A stretch of 64,000 nt of DNA from an uncultured Eubacteriales bacterium (GTDB lineage Bacteria > Bacillota > Clostridia > TANB77 > CAG-508). How positions within the stretch are numbered: position 1 is the first letter of the stretch; each line of letters begins with the position of its first letter. The notes below the pieces were generated by a model. That model did not search any database. It saw only the letters and a program-made list of their open reading frames with translations, and was not told the DNA's origin. The translations under genes were made by a program, and so were the position numbers. Below are positions 26,542 through 36,433 of the stretch, in pieces. The DNA lies in the NCBI GenBank assembly GCA_948443845.1, contig CAOJUE010000002.1, forward strand, positions 40,693 through 104,692, written 5' to 3'.

Positions 26542-28554
26542 TTATCTATCCCTTTCATCATCTTCTACAACTCTGCCATTTTCGTCAACCGTTGCATCAA
26601 TTGTTTTTGGTTGTTCAACTGTCTTAGCATCACCATATCTTGCTTTTGGTTGATCTGTTAATGTTCCATCTGGATTAATCCATTTTTCAACTCCATTTGT
26701 TGTAGTTACAATTTGAGAATTTAACAACTCTTTACCTGCTTTTACTTTTTCCATTATTGATTTATCTAGTCCTGCAAACTCATATCCACCATAATTGATT
26801 GTTTTATTTTCCTTGCCTTCTTCGGCTTTTTTCTTAGTTTCATCTACATCTGATGTTTCGCCTACTTTTCCAGTATCTTCTTCAACAGTCATTTCTTCAT
26901 TTTCTTTTTGTTCTCCTGATTGCATAGCATTTATCAAACTTGAAAATACCGCATGTGTTTTATCTCGATCCTGTGCATCGCCTCTGATTGTTTCTTCTGT
27001 TTGCTGACTTGTAGTTGGTTCTTCTTGAGTTGGCTCTGAAATTTCTGTTACATCTTCCTTAATTTCTTCATCATCTATTTCAATGTCTTCAAAACTCAAT
27101 TCCGAATCTTTCTCCCAAGGCATTCTTGGAAAATCACCTTTTCTATTGATATATCTATTCGATATCCATTTAGCAAGACGTGTCTTTCCTATTGTTGCAT
27201 GATATATTTTTGCCAACACTTTTCCTATTTTGCTAAAGAAATTTATAAAACCTTTTCCAATTTTTTTCATGCGACTTTCTTTTTGTTCAGCTAGTAATGA
27301 AGTTCCTGTTTTGGGTGGATCATTTTGTGGTGGATCGTTTTGTGGTGGATCGTTTTGTGGTGGATCATTTTGCGGTGGGTCGTTTTGTGGTGGATCGTTT
27401 TGTGGTGGATCATTTTGCGGTGGATCGTTTTGTGGTGGCTCATCCTTTTCTAAATCCTCTTTCGTTATTGCATATTGCTCTTGCAATTCTTGTACCCTAG
27501 TAGATTTTTGGTTTATTTCTTCTATTATTTGAGTTAAATCTCTTCTTATATCTGCTCTTGCTTGTCCATTTTCCTTATAGTATATTGCTTCCAATTTATT
27601 TTTTTGGTCCTCCAAACCTTTTATCGATTCAGATAATTTCTTTGCTTCAGCAATTGCAGCATTTTTTCTTTCAAGTTTTTCCTTGGCTTCTCTTTCTTTT
27701 TCGGCAATTCGCTTTCTTTCTTCTGCTTCTTTCTTGGCTAGCCTTTTCTCAACTTTTTTAAGTTTTTTGTTTGCTTCAATTAATTCTTCCTTTTTAACTT
27801 CTATTTTTTCTGTAATGTTCTTCAAATCACTTACAATTTCACGTTTTGTTGTCCAATCTGCCTTAATTTGTTCTAAATCATTCTTGTTTTTTTCTAAAGC
27901 TTGTAATGCAATGTTTAATTTTTCTATATCTTGTTTAATACTATCAATTATTTTTTTATCTTTTTCCATACTTTCTCTTTTCGAATTCTCCTTATCACTT
28001 TCTTTACTCGCAGATGCATGAGATTTTGAAGATTGATCGTCTTTTTTAGGATTTTCATTCTTTTTTTCTTTTTTATCAGAATTTGACTTAGATTTATCCG
28101 AATCCTCATCCTTTTTTTCACTCTTTGATTGATTTTGAGATTTTTCATTTTTAGGATTTGAATTTGTTTGAGGCTTTTTATCCTGATTTTCTGTCTTAGG
28201 AGCTTCTTTTTTATCCTCGTTTTCTTGTGAGTTCTCTTGTGATTGCTTTTGGGCTATACTCTTCCTTTTCGCATGTAAGTCTTTAAGCTTCCTACTGATT
28301 TTCTTTAGTTTGTCCTTTTTATTATTACTCATGTTTTCTTTTGGTATTTTAAGTAATTCCTCTTTTTCTTTCTTTAATTCATCAATCTTTTCAGTAATTG
28401 CTCTCAATTCCATTTCATTATGCAAATCTTTTAAATCATTGTTCATTGCATTTAATTTTTTTGGGTCTTTCTCATTTTTTATTTGTTCATTTAATTCTTT
28501 TATTTTTGCATTTGCTTGTTCTGGTGTTAAATTCTTTAGTTCCTCTCTACTCAT
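26542..28554 (-). CDS. Hypothetical Lys/Glu-rich coiled-coil protein with a (PPQND)x8 repeat
   Basis: 670-aa ORF with no recognisable catalytic motif, long charged heptad-like stretches and a central PPQND tandem repeat. Confidence 0.6.
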   Translation of the reverse strand: MSREELKNLTPEQANAKIKELNEQIKNEKDPKKLNAMNNDLKDLHNEMELRAITEKIDELKKEKEELLKIPKENMSNNKKDKLKKISRKLKDLHAKRKSIAQKQSQENSQENEDKKEAPKTENQDKKPQTNSNPKNEKSQNQSKSEKKDEDSDKSKSNSDKKEKKNENPKKDDQSSKSHASASKESDKENSKRESMEKDKKIIDSIKQDIEKLNIALQALEKNKNDLEQIKADWTTKREIVSDLKNITEKIEVKKEELIEANKKLKKVEKRLAKKEAEERKRIAEKEREAKEKLERKNAAIAEAKKLSESIKGLEDQKNKLEAIYYKENGQARADIRRDLTQIIEEINQKSTRVQELQEQYAITKEDLEKDEPPQNDPPQNDPPQNDPPQNDPPQNDPPQNDPPQNDPPQNDPPKTGTSLLAEQKESRMKKIGKGFINFFSKIGKVLAKIYHATIGKTRLAKWISNRYINRKGDFPRMPWEKDSELSFEDIEIDDEEIKEDVTEISEPTQEEPTTSQQTEETIRGDAQDRDKTHAVFSSLINAMQSGEQKENEEMTVEEDTGKVGETSDVDETKKKAEEGKENKTINYGGYEFAGLDKSIMEKVKAGKELLNSQIVTTTNGVEKWINPDGTLTDQPKARYGDAKTVEQPKTIDATVDENGRVVEDDERDR
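27314..27440. repeat. 15-bp in-frame tandem repeat (about 8.5 copies) encoding PPQND
   Basis: ggtggatc(a/g)ttttg(t/c) is repeated head-to-tail, with two variant units interspersed. Confidence 0.9.
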
Positions 28555-28717
28555 AATAAATATCTCCTTTCAATTTACGCAATTCATCCTATTGTATCAC
28601 TTATTATGTTTATTATAACACAAAAGAAATCAAATTGCAATACTTTATGTAAATTTTTTACATTTTTTTTGACTTTTTTGTCAAAATTTTGTATTTTTCT
28701 TTGATTTCTTTCCTTTT

Positions 28718-29344
28718 TTATCTATTTTTAACGAACAACCAAGCACATTCCATGAACAATATGACCACTAACATAACAATCACTCCCCATGAAATAATCG
28801 CTTCAAATGCAATACTGATTAGCAAAAGTAATCCAAAAATTACAAATGTGTATCCTATCAGTCTTGTTGCTTTTCGATATACTTTCTCGTCTTTGGGCAT
28901 CGGATGCATTTTTCCTCGCATTTCTTCATAACTAGTTTTTGGCATATAATTTCCTATAATCATAAATAAAATTCCCAAAACAAGTAGTACACTTCTTCGC
29001 ACATCTACAGTGCTTCCTAAAGGAACCTCGATTGTGATTACAGAAATAACAACACTTAAAATAGGAATTATCCACTGCACTACCACAATAAATTTTGATT
29101 TTTTTCCTTTTTTCTCGCCATTGATATCGCTAATAACACAACAAAATATCTGCAAAAGTGCCATTAAAGCTGGCAAACCAAATAAAGCAAAATTTTTCGA
29201 TGCAAATCCATTTGGCTCATTGTTCATATTAAAATGAATTGGCATTATTTCTGGCAACCTTTCATAGAAAATAATACCAAATAAAATTGGTAATAAACAT
29301 ACTGTACAAGTAATAATTAATGTTTTCCAATCAATTCTCTTCAT
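28718..29344 (-). CDS. SdpI/DUF1648 family membrane protein (immunity/signal-transduction type)
   Basis: 208-aa ORF with a DUF1648-like N-terminus (LPEIMPIHFNMNNEPNGF), the GNYMPK motif and 5-6 TM segments. It overlaps the upstream ArsR gene by 14 nt. Confidence 0.6.
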   Translation of the reverse strand: MKRIDWKTLIITCTVCLLPILFGIIFYERLPEIMPIHFNMNNEPNGFASKNFALFGLPALMALLQIFCCVISDINGEKKGKKSKFIVVVQWIIPILSVVISVITIEVPLGSTVDVRRSVLLVLGILFMIIGNYMPKTSYEEMRGKMHPMPKDEKVYRKATRLIGYTFVIFGLLLLISIAFEAIISWGVIVMLVVILFMECAWLFVKNR

Positions 29345-29609
29345 TTTTTTTACCTCCTAATCCATAAATCCAAGTAAGTACATCTTCAAATACAGATGTA
29401 TTTAACTCATAATAAATAAAATTTTTGTATTTGTCTTCTAAAATCAAATCCGCTTTTTTCAGTTGGGATAAGTGATAAGAAACAGTTGCATTGGTTAAAT
29501 TAAATTTTTCTGCAATCTCTCCAGCAGACTTTTTTTCCTGTTTTAGCATTTCCAATATATCTCTTCTTACTGGGTCTGATATCGCTTTTAGCGTTTCTGA
29601 CATTCCCAT
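29331..29609 (-). CDS. ArsR/SdpR family transcriptional regulator
   Basis: ISDPVRRDILEMLKQEKKSAGEIAEKFNLTNATVSYHLSQLKKADLI is a winged-HTH of the ArsR type. Start chosen at the ATG 8 nt after AGGAG. Confidence 0.75.
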   Translation of the reverse strand: MGMSETLKAISDPVRRDILEMLKQEKKSAGEIAEKFNLTNATVSYHLSQLKKADLILEDKYKNFIYYELNTSVFEDVLTWIYGLGGKKNEEN

Positions 29610-29758
29610 GAAAATCACTCCTTTCCTTAGATATTTAGAAATATTTCTAAATAGATTATACCATCTTTCTTTTTCTTTGTCAATATCTATTTCGATATTT
29701 TTCTAAATACTAGGTAAAAATAACACGAAATCAAACTTGATTTCGTGTTACATCTGTT

Positions 29759-30568
29759 TTATTTCACATTAATATCTAATTTTTTCATTTTGATATAGAA
29801 AACAACTGCTACACCGACTGCGATTAATAATACTGCAAAACCAATTCTGGTTGCTCCTGTTTTTGGTAAAATTCCTGTTTTTACAGAATCTGTTGTATTA
29901 TTGCCTGTTGTTGCTACGATTGTTGAATTTGAGGTTGGTGTTTTATTTTGATTTGTACTTGCTCCTGCATTTGTATTTGTGTTAGAAACTGCATTGTTGG
30001 TTGGAGTAATAATTGTATTCGTGTTAGGCACTGTATTGTTGGTTGGAGTTGTGTTCGTGTTTGTGTTGGTATTGGTTGTATTATTAGTTGGTGGTGGTGT
30101 TGGAGTATTGACTGTAATTGTTTTTGAAATATTAGCTACTGCAATATCTCCTGTTGCAATTCCACCAGAAGCCTTGATATTTTTCAAAGTAATTATAGGA
30201 CTTTTAGCACTTTGACCTTTTACTTTAAAGGTAATTTTTAGTAGCGTTTCTGGTGTTGCAACCAATGCGTTTCTTGACATGATAAATTTTCCATTTCCTG
30301 CATTATAAGAAGGCGTTTCCCAACCATTCTGGCCTTCCATTTTGACATATGTCAAGCTATTTGTATCATATTCTAATACACCTTCTAATGCAATAATTCC
30401 TTCTCCTGCATCAATATTGGTTAGTTTGACATCCACAACCACATCCTCATTTGGTTTATATTCATTTTTTGCCGATTCCATGCTCATAGTACAAGAAGCA
30501 GCGTAACAACTAATCGTCATACATACGATACTTAATAAAATAAAACTAATTTTTCCTAATTTTTTCAT
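29759..30568 (-). CDS. Cell-wall-anchored cohesin-domain protein (signal peptide, cohesin-like module, Thr/Asn/Pro linker, LPKTG sorting signal)
   Basis: 269-aa ORF with signal MKKLGKISFILLSIVCMTISCYA, a cohesin-like segment VVVDVKLTNIDAGEGIIALEGVLEYDTNSLTYVKMEGQNGW..., and a C-terminal LPKTGATRIGFAVLLIAVGVAVVFYIKMKK. Confidence 0.7.
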   Translation of the reverse strand: MKKLGKISFILLSIVCMTISCYAASCTMSMESAKNEYKPNEDVVVDVKLTNIDAGEGIIALEGVLEYDTNSLTYVKMEGQNGWETPSYNAGNGKFIMSRNALVATPETLLKITFKVKGQSAKSPIITLKNIKASGGIATGDIAVANISKTITVNTPTPPPTNNTTNTNTNTNTTPTNNTVPNTNTIITPTNNAVSNTNTNAGASTNQNKTPTSNSTIVATTGNNTTDSVKTGILPKTGATRIGFAVLLIAVGVAVVFYIKMKKLDINVK

Positions 30569-30587
30569 AATTTCTCCTTTTGTTTTT

Positions 30588-33500
30588 CTAATTTATTTGA
30601 CCCATTCCAATTAACACTAGTTTTAATTGTGCCAAATCAGTAATTGTAATTTGACCATTTCCATCAATATCGGCTGCTTTTAAATGAATTCCTGTTAGTA
30701 ATGTTTGCTCAATATGATGTAATTTTAATTGTGCAAAATCAGTTATTGTAATTTCACCATTTCCGTCTATATCTCCTGTTACAATTAAAGTAAAGTTTAA
30801 TGTTTTTCCTACTTTTACGTTCATACCTGTTGCGATGATATCATCATCACCTAAAACATTTCCATCTTTATCAGTAAATACTAGTTCTTGGTAAGTTACA
30901 ACATTGTTTTTGAAGACACTTACCGTTGTGTTTGGTGCAATTCTTGAAATTGTGTTTTCTTCAATTAAATATTTTTCAGAAGTAATTCCATCTGGTCTTA
31001 CAACAACATCAATTTCGACTTGTGCATCTTCTGATTTAATTTCGATAATCGCATTACTTGCTTCCATATTTTTTACAGCAACTGCTGTTTTAGTAGAATC
31101 TGTAATGGTATCTTTTACTCTGAATTTGATTTTGAAAAGGTCTCCTTCTTCTGTCACATAAGCATTTTCTTTGTTGTCTGCAACAAATTTTAAATTGTCA
31201 TCATTGAAAGAAACATCCCATCCATTTTGTTCTTCAAGGCTTACTTTTTCTAAAACATTTCTGTCATAATCCAATTGTCCACTTACAACAACGACACCAT
31301 TTTCAATTGTTTCAAAATCATGAATTCCAACACTTACTTCAAATTCACTTCCTGGATAAATTTCTTCTGTCGTTGTTTTTTCAATCGATGTTGTAAATGT
31401 TGATTCCGTTGTTACATTTACTTTGCAACTACCTGTTGCTTCTGCGCTTGTTGCATCTACTGTTGTTGTAACTTTTAATGTATAATTTCCACTATCTTCT
31501 ACAGTAGCATTTTCAATTTCTAAAATTTTATTCGTTTTTCCATCTAATTTTTGGTCATTTTTGTACCATTGATAAGTTTGAATTCCCTCTGTTTCTGTAA
31601 CAGTTGGAGTAATCGTTAACTTTTCTCCTGCTTTTACAGATTGCGTTTCTGGCATAGTGATTTCTGCAGGTACCGCTGTTACTGTAACAGCAGTTTCTCC
31701 TCTTGCTTCTTCTTGCTCTACAACTGCTTTTGCAACAAAGGTTGCATCTACAATGCAGTTTTCGTTTACGTCATTATAATTTACCGTTACATCCATTGCA
31801 GCTTTGTTGGTTATTTCTACTTGTTTTCCACAAACGGTTAAGGTTTCGATTTCATATCCTTCATCAGGTCTTACATTTAATGTTACTGATTCATTTTCTT
31901 TTAGTGTAACAATATTTCCTTCTTCACGATTTGCGCCTTCAATATTACCACCTTCTGTGCTTGACACAACAACTGCTCTATCTACTGCTACTGTTCCGTC
32001 ATTTTCAACTACTGCAACAGCAAATGGACTAAAGGAATCACAAGTTACAATTAATCCGTATGGTGTTACAACACAAGGAATTTCTTCTACTCCTGTAACA
32101 TTTCCTTGTGCATCTCTCATAAAGTGATATGCTTTGAAAGTAACTCCTGCATCTTCTGGACCATATCCTGCTGGGAATCCAAGAGATAATCTTAGTCTAT
32201 GTCCTGTTTTTACAACATATTTTTTACATACATTTAGTGAAATGTTGTATGTTTCACTTGTTACTAACTCTTGACCACCTAATTCATTTTCCATTAGGTT
32301 ATTCATGGTTTCTGTCTCTGCTTTTGTTGTTCTGGTTGTTACTAAAGCAATTCTGCTTTTTAGTTTGTCAGATACTGGTGTTCCATCACTTGTTTGCCAT
32401 CCATTCATAGAAAGATCTTGATTTTCAAGAAGTGTTGGTCTTGCAAATACTTCCCAATTTTTTGCTTGATTCATACGATAAGAGCATAGTATTGGATTTA
32501 CTGCACCATAACTTATTTCCATTGGTGCTTTTCCACTATTTTTTCCAACTAGACCTGTTAAATAAATATGGTACGTTGCTCCATCGTCAGCCCACATTTT
32601 ACTGAATTTTAAATCGAATGTTACTCGATTTTTTCCATCAAAAGCAAAATTGGTTATTTCTGCTTCATCTGCACCTGTTGGTCCTGTTGAGTCTAATGTA
32701 TAACCTACTTCTGTTGCTCCTTCTGCTAATATTAAATCATCATGATAAGTAACATCTACATGATAGGTTGGTCCAACTTCAAGTGTTGCTGTTGGTGCTG
32801 GTGATTGTTTCTTAATGTATGGCTTACTTCTATAAGTTCCATTTGGATTGTATAATTTTCCTGATTGTGCTACGAAGTCAGATTCATCACCTTGATAAGT
32901 CAAACCTGCAATGCCTTCACTTGGTGCCAATGTTGTTACTGCAAATTCAACATATTCTCCATTTGGAACAGTGATATAAATATGGTCTTCATAGTCTTTA
33001 AATCCTCCTGCATATGGTTCTGGATCCATATAGCCCCATTTGCCTTCAATCCATTCATCATCTCCAGGTCTATATTCATAATATTTCATTAAGATATATT
33101 TTCCTTCTTTTGCTGCTTCTGCATATCCTTTGTTGTTATAACTGATATAAAAATCTCCTGCTTTATATTCTTCTGTTTCTGTTCCTTCTTGTTTGTATTT
33201 TACTAATAATCCATTAACATTTGTTACATTATCAATGCCATAGTCTTCTGAATATAATTCTGGATAACGAAATACGTAAAATCCTGCTGCTTCAACTGAT
33301 TCTAGAGCAATATGTTCTTTGTTCATGGTTTCTGCTCCGACTAAACAATATCTTGTGTTTTCAAATCCTTCTGTGATATCGTCTCCTGGATTATATTCTG
33401 GTTGGGTTGTATCAATATGGGGATTTCTTAAAAAAGGATCATCTAGAGTAGCATCTACTGCATACCAAACTTTTTGGCTACTTCTTGCAAGTGTTTCTTT

Positions 33501-34322
33501 TTCGATTTCAACATAATTCCACATATGAGGAACAGCTGCTGAACCTTCACTTTGATGAGTTCCTTGTACAAGAATGCTGTTGATTCCTATTTTATCTAAA
33601 ATTGTTTTGAATGCTCTTGCATATCCTTCACACACAGCTTCTTTTTTTACAAGGGCGCCATAAGGTGTAGAAATAAATCCTTCATTTCCTGCCTTACAGT
33701 CGCTTTCTAGTCTATAACCTGTATTATAAATAATTTCATTATGAACCAATTTAACTTGTTCTACCATTTTATTTTTGTTTGCTTCTACTTCTACATTTTC
33801 AGCTTTTTGAGCAATTTCATTAACACAGTTGTTGAATTCACCAATTGCTTGCTCTACTTGTTCTTCGTTAGTAAAGCCTTCTGTGTAGTAATCTGCGAAT
33901 CTTCCAGAACCAATGTAAGCATGATAATCATCGTTTTGACCTTTGGTGATTCTGATTGAAACTTTTTGGAAATTCACATAAAAAATTTCAGGATAATCTG
34001 CATAAAATGCATATCTTGCTGCCTCCATCGCTGAAGTTAATGTGCTACTTCCTTTTTCATATTCTTTAATTTCGTTTTCTGTAAAAATGCCATTTTGTAC
34101 AAGGTCATAACCTTGTGAACCTGTTTTGAATATACCATTTTCGTACATATTGTACATAGCTTGGTATATTTTTTTTGCTTCTTCTCCAAGTTGTTCATAG
34201 TGGAATTTTCCACTCATTTGGCTTTCTGATGCATAAGTAAAATTGCCAAGTGAAAGCCAGCTAAATTGTGCTAATAAAAGTGCAGTTAGTAATAAAATAA
34301 CTGTCATTTTTTTTAACTTCAT
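30588..34322 (-). CDS. Secreted multidomain protein: transglutaminase-like cysteine-protease core, Ig-like repeats, cohesin-like module, C-terminal type-I dockerin
   Basis: 1244-aa ORF with a signal peptide. TGase-like triad context CEGYARAFKTILD...HMWNYVEI...YAVDATLDD. Ig-like segment (YQWYKNDQKLDG...SGNYTL). Cohesin-like segment (VSGQLDYDRNVLEKVSLEEQNGW). Duplicated dockerin Ca-loops DIDGNGEITITDFAQLK and DIDGNGQITITDLAQLK. Confidence 0.75.
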   Translation of the reverse strand: MKLKKMTVILLLTALLLAQFSWLSLGNFTYASESQMSGKFHYEQLGEEAKKIYQAMYNMYENGIFKTGSQGYDLVQNGIFTENEIKEYEKGSSTLTSAMEAARYAFYADYPEIFYVNFQKVSIRITKGQNDDYHAYIGSGRFADYYTEGFTNEEQVEQAIGEFNNCVNEIAQKAENVEVEANKNKMVEQVKLVHNEIIYNTGYRLESDCKAGNEGFISTPYGALVKKEAVCEGYARAFKTILDKIGINSILVQGTHQSEGSAAVPHMWNYVEIEKETLARSSQKVWYAVDATLDDPFLRNPHIDTTQPEYNPGDDITEGFENTRYCLVGAETMNKEHIALESVEAAGFYVFRYPELYSEDYGIDNVTNVNGLLVKYKQEGTETEEYKAGDFYISYNNKGYAEAAKEGKYILMKYYEYRPGDDEWIEGKWGYMDPEPYAGGFKDYEDHIYITVPNGEYVEFAVTTLAPSEGIAGLTYQGDESDFVAQSGKLYNPNGTYRSKPYIKKQSPAPTATLEVGPTYHVDVTYHDDLILAEGATEVGYTLDSTGPTGADEAEITNFAFDGKNRVTFDLKFSKMWADDGATYHIYLTGLVGKNSGKAPMEISYGAVNPILCSYRMNQAKNWEVFARPTLLENQDLSMNGWQTSDGTPVSDKLKSRIALVTTRTTKAETETMNNLMENELGGQELVTSETYNISLNVCKKYVVKTGHRLRLSLGFPAGYGPEDAGVTFKAYHFMRDAQGNVTGVEEIPCVVTPYGLIVTCDSFSPFAVAVVENDGTVAVDRAVVVSSTEGGNIEGANREEGNIVTLKENESVTLNVRPDEGYEIETLTVCGKQVEITNKAAMDVTVNYNDVNENCIVDATFVAKAVVEQEEARGETAVTVTAVPAEITMPETQSVKAGEKLTITPTVTETEGIQTYQWYKNDQKLDGKTNKILEIENATVEDSGNYTLKVTTTVDATSAEATGSCKVNVTTESTFTTSIEKTTTEEIYPGSEFEVSVGIHDFETIENGVVVVSGQLDYDRNVLEKVSLEEQNGWDVSFNDDNLKFVADNKENAYVTEEGDLFKIKFRVKDTITDSTKTAVAVKNMEASNAIIEIKSEDAQVEIDVVVRPDGITSEKYLIEENTISRIAPNTTVSVFKNNVVTYQELVFTDKDGNVLGDDDIIATGMNVKVGKTLNFTLIVTGDIDGNGEITITDFAQLKLHHIEQTLLTGIHLKAADIDGNGQITITDLAQLKLVLIGMGQIN

Positions 34323-34519
34323 AATTTAACTCTCCCTCTCTTTTTTATTTTATAAATACTTAAAATATTTATTAATATTATTATACCATAAAAAGTATTC
34401 TATGTCAATAGTTTCCAATAATTCTGGCAAATAAAAATGCTCTTTTTTTCGAAAGATAAAAACAGATTTTTAGGTGTCATTTTGACCTTCTAAAAATCTG
34501 TTTTTTAGCAAATGTTAAA

Positions 34520-35173
34520 TTAAATCAAATAAATTTCTACTTCATATCGATTTCCAACCAAAAACACTGCCTGTTTGGTTTTATCGAAGTCCTTTAGTTC
34601 CAAGGTTTTCCCGTCTTGAATCACAGAATAGAACAAACCAATTTTATCTTGAGACTCCTGTTTTTCCTGAATTGCTTGCAGTTCCTGTGATAAACGTCCA
34701 ATCAAATTGCCTTGGTCTAAAGAGCACTTCTTGATTGCAGCTCCAGCGCTAATTCCTCTCTCTTTTAGCAACTCTGTCAAGGAATTTTGCATTTCTTCTG
34801 AAATGACCCTCTTTTTTTCCGGCTGATACAGAAAAACCTCCTCTGCCCCATCTCCAAATAAAATTAGAGCTTCTTTGGAAATATCAATACATTTGAGCAT
34901 TGATGTTTTTCCGTTTTGAATCAAACACTGATGCAAATTTGAGCAACCCTTTGAGTTTCTACAATTAATTTCTTGAATTAATCTAGCAACCAGTTTCCTC
35001 CAATCCGCAGAATATGTTTCGGTTTTTATGAGGATATTTGTGCACATTACTTTTTCTCTGCAGATGCCTTCAAGAGTTTGCCAATTTTTACTCCTCTCAT
35101 CCATTCCAAGTTGCTCCCGCACTTGACATAGCCTCTTCATCACGTTGCTAACTTTTCCGAAGTTTTCGTTCAT
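34520..35173 (-). CDS. Hypothetical protein (start uncertain)
   Basis: The track ORF starts at a TTG at 35209. The ATG at 35173 has AAAGGAAG upstream. An alternative ATG (MDERSKNWQ) has GGGAG upstream, and that GGGAG overlaps an in-frame CGG at 35117-35119. Confidence 0.45.
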   Translation of the reverse strand: MNENFGKVSNVMKRLCQVREQLGMDERSKNWQTLEGICREKVMCTNILIKTETYSADWRKLVARLIQEINCRNSKGCSNLHQCLIQNGKTSMLKCIDISKEALILFGDGAEEVFLYQPEKKRVISEEMQNSLTELLKERGISAGAAIKKCSLDQGNLIGRLSQELQAIQEKQESQDKIGLFYSVIQDGKTLELKDFDKTKQAVFLVGNRYEVEIYLI

Positions 35174-35303
35174 TTGCTTCTTCCTTTCATCGATAAAAAT
35201 TTTTTTCAACTACTAACTATTCTTGATAAGCATTTATCAAAAATACTATGGTAATTATATCATATTCTATTAAAAAAGCAATAGATTTATGCCTCTAAAA
35301 TCA

Positions 35304-35867
35304 TTAATTTTGACAAATCATGCAATGTACTTCTTTCAATTTTTTAATACCTTGACTCTGTTCTTTAATCCTATCTTCTGCCATTTTTTTCAATCGTGGG
35401 TCAATACAATATTTTAACAAATTCTCACACATTAAAATAGCTCCCTCATGATGTGGAATCATTTCATTGATAAAATTTAAATTAATATTTGGGCATTTTG
35501 CACGATTTCTCATTTTGCAAATCATGTTTCTTGTAATTGATAAATATCTTGCAATATAACAATTGACATCATTTTGCGAATTTACAAATCCACATGTCGT
35601 TTTAGAAATTTCTTGCATTTGTTTCATTTCCTGCTTTTGGGCTTCTATCATATCACAGGCTATCTTTTTTAGTGATTCACATTCTGTGAATGCAAGCAAA
35701 TTTTCGCACATATTAATGGTAGCTTGATGATGTGGAATCATGCATTCAATAAAATCCAGTGTGATATCACTTACACTATTTCTGCATAACATTTTGGTTT
35801 GCATTTCATTTACAATTTCGTTAAATCGACAAAAATATTTTTTCAAATTTTTTCTACAACATTCCAT
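35304..35867 (-). CDS. DUF305 family (ferritin-like four-helix) protein
   Basis: The motif MIPHH(Q/E)xAIxMCENLL occurs twice (CMIPHHQATINMCENLL and EMIPHHEGAILMCENLL), the DUF305 hallmark. Confidence 0.75.
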   Translation of the reverse strand: MECCRKNLKKYFCRFNEIVNEMQTKMLCRNSVSDITLDFIECMIPHHQATINMCENLLAFTECESLKKIACDMIEAQKQEMKQMQEISKTTCGFVNSQNDVNCYIARYLSITRNMICKMRNRAKCPNINLNFINEMIPHHEGAILMCENLLKYCIDPRLKKMAEDRIKEQSQGIKKLKEVHCMICQN

Positions 35868-35982
35868 AAAAACTTTCCTCCTATTATATCATATCGATTT
35901 TGCCAGATTTACGTTCCTTTTTGTATATCCATTTTTGTTTTGGAAATACTATCTTTAATCTAAGAAAGGAAAGGTGATAATC

Positions 35983-36156
35983 ATGACAAGCAAAGAACTT
36001 TTATACGTTGAAGATGCTTTAGGACACGAAAAATTTATGAAATGTTGCGCTAAGAAAACATCTGCAAAATTAACAGACCCAGCACTTTCTGCCTATATTG
36101 CAGAATTAGAAAAAACGCATACGGATTTATTAAACAAATTTAAAAATTTATTATAG
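35983..36156 (+). CDS. Small spore-coat-protein-like (CotF family N-terminal type) protein
   Basis: MTSKELLYVEDALGHEKFMKCCAKK.... ATG preceded by GAAAGGAAAGGTG. It is paired with the next gene, as in typical CotF-like two-gene units. Confidence 0.55.
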   Translation: MTSKELLYVEDALGHEKFMKCCAKKTSAKLTDPALSAYIAELEKTHTDLLNKFKNLL

Positions 36157-36165
36157 GAGGAAATT

Positions 36166-36411
36166 ATGGAAGATAGAGATTTAATGGAAAACGAATTATT
36201 AGTCATCAAAGGTGTTTGTGATTTGTATTTACACGGAACACTTGAGTCCACAACCGCAGAAGTTCATTGTGCTTTTAAAGAGGCTTTAAATACTTCTTTG
36301 GATATTCAAAACAAACTTTACAATTTAATGGCTGAAAAGGGTTGGTATAAAACCGATGTCGCAGAGCAAACAAAAATCGATAGCGCTAAGACGAAATATG
36401 CTAATGCATAA
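36166..36411 (+). CDS. Spore coat protein CotF-like
   Basis: 81-aa ORF: LMENELLVIKGVCDLYLHGTLESTTAEVHCAFKEALNTSLDIQNKLYNLMAEKGWY. AGGAGG RBS. Confidence 0.6.
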   Translation: MEDRDLMENELLVIKGVCDLYLHGTLESTTAEVHCAFKEALNTSLDIQNKLYNLMAEKGWYKTDVAEQTKIDSAKTKYANA

Positions 36412-36433
36412 AGATAGAAGGTGTTTAGAGATT

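Noticed and set aside
27314-27440. Regular 15-bp repeats that could be mistaken for a CRISPR-like or satellite array.
   Set aside because: There are no spacers, the period is a multiple of 3, and the repeats are in frame inside a long ORF (PPQND repeat). No cas genes are present.
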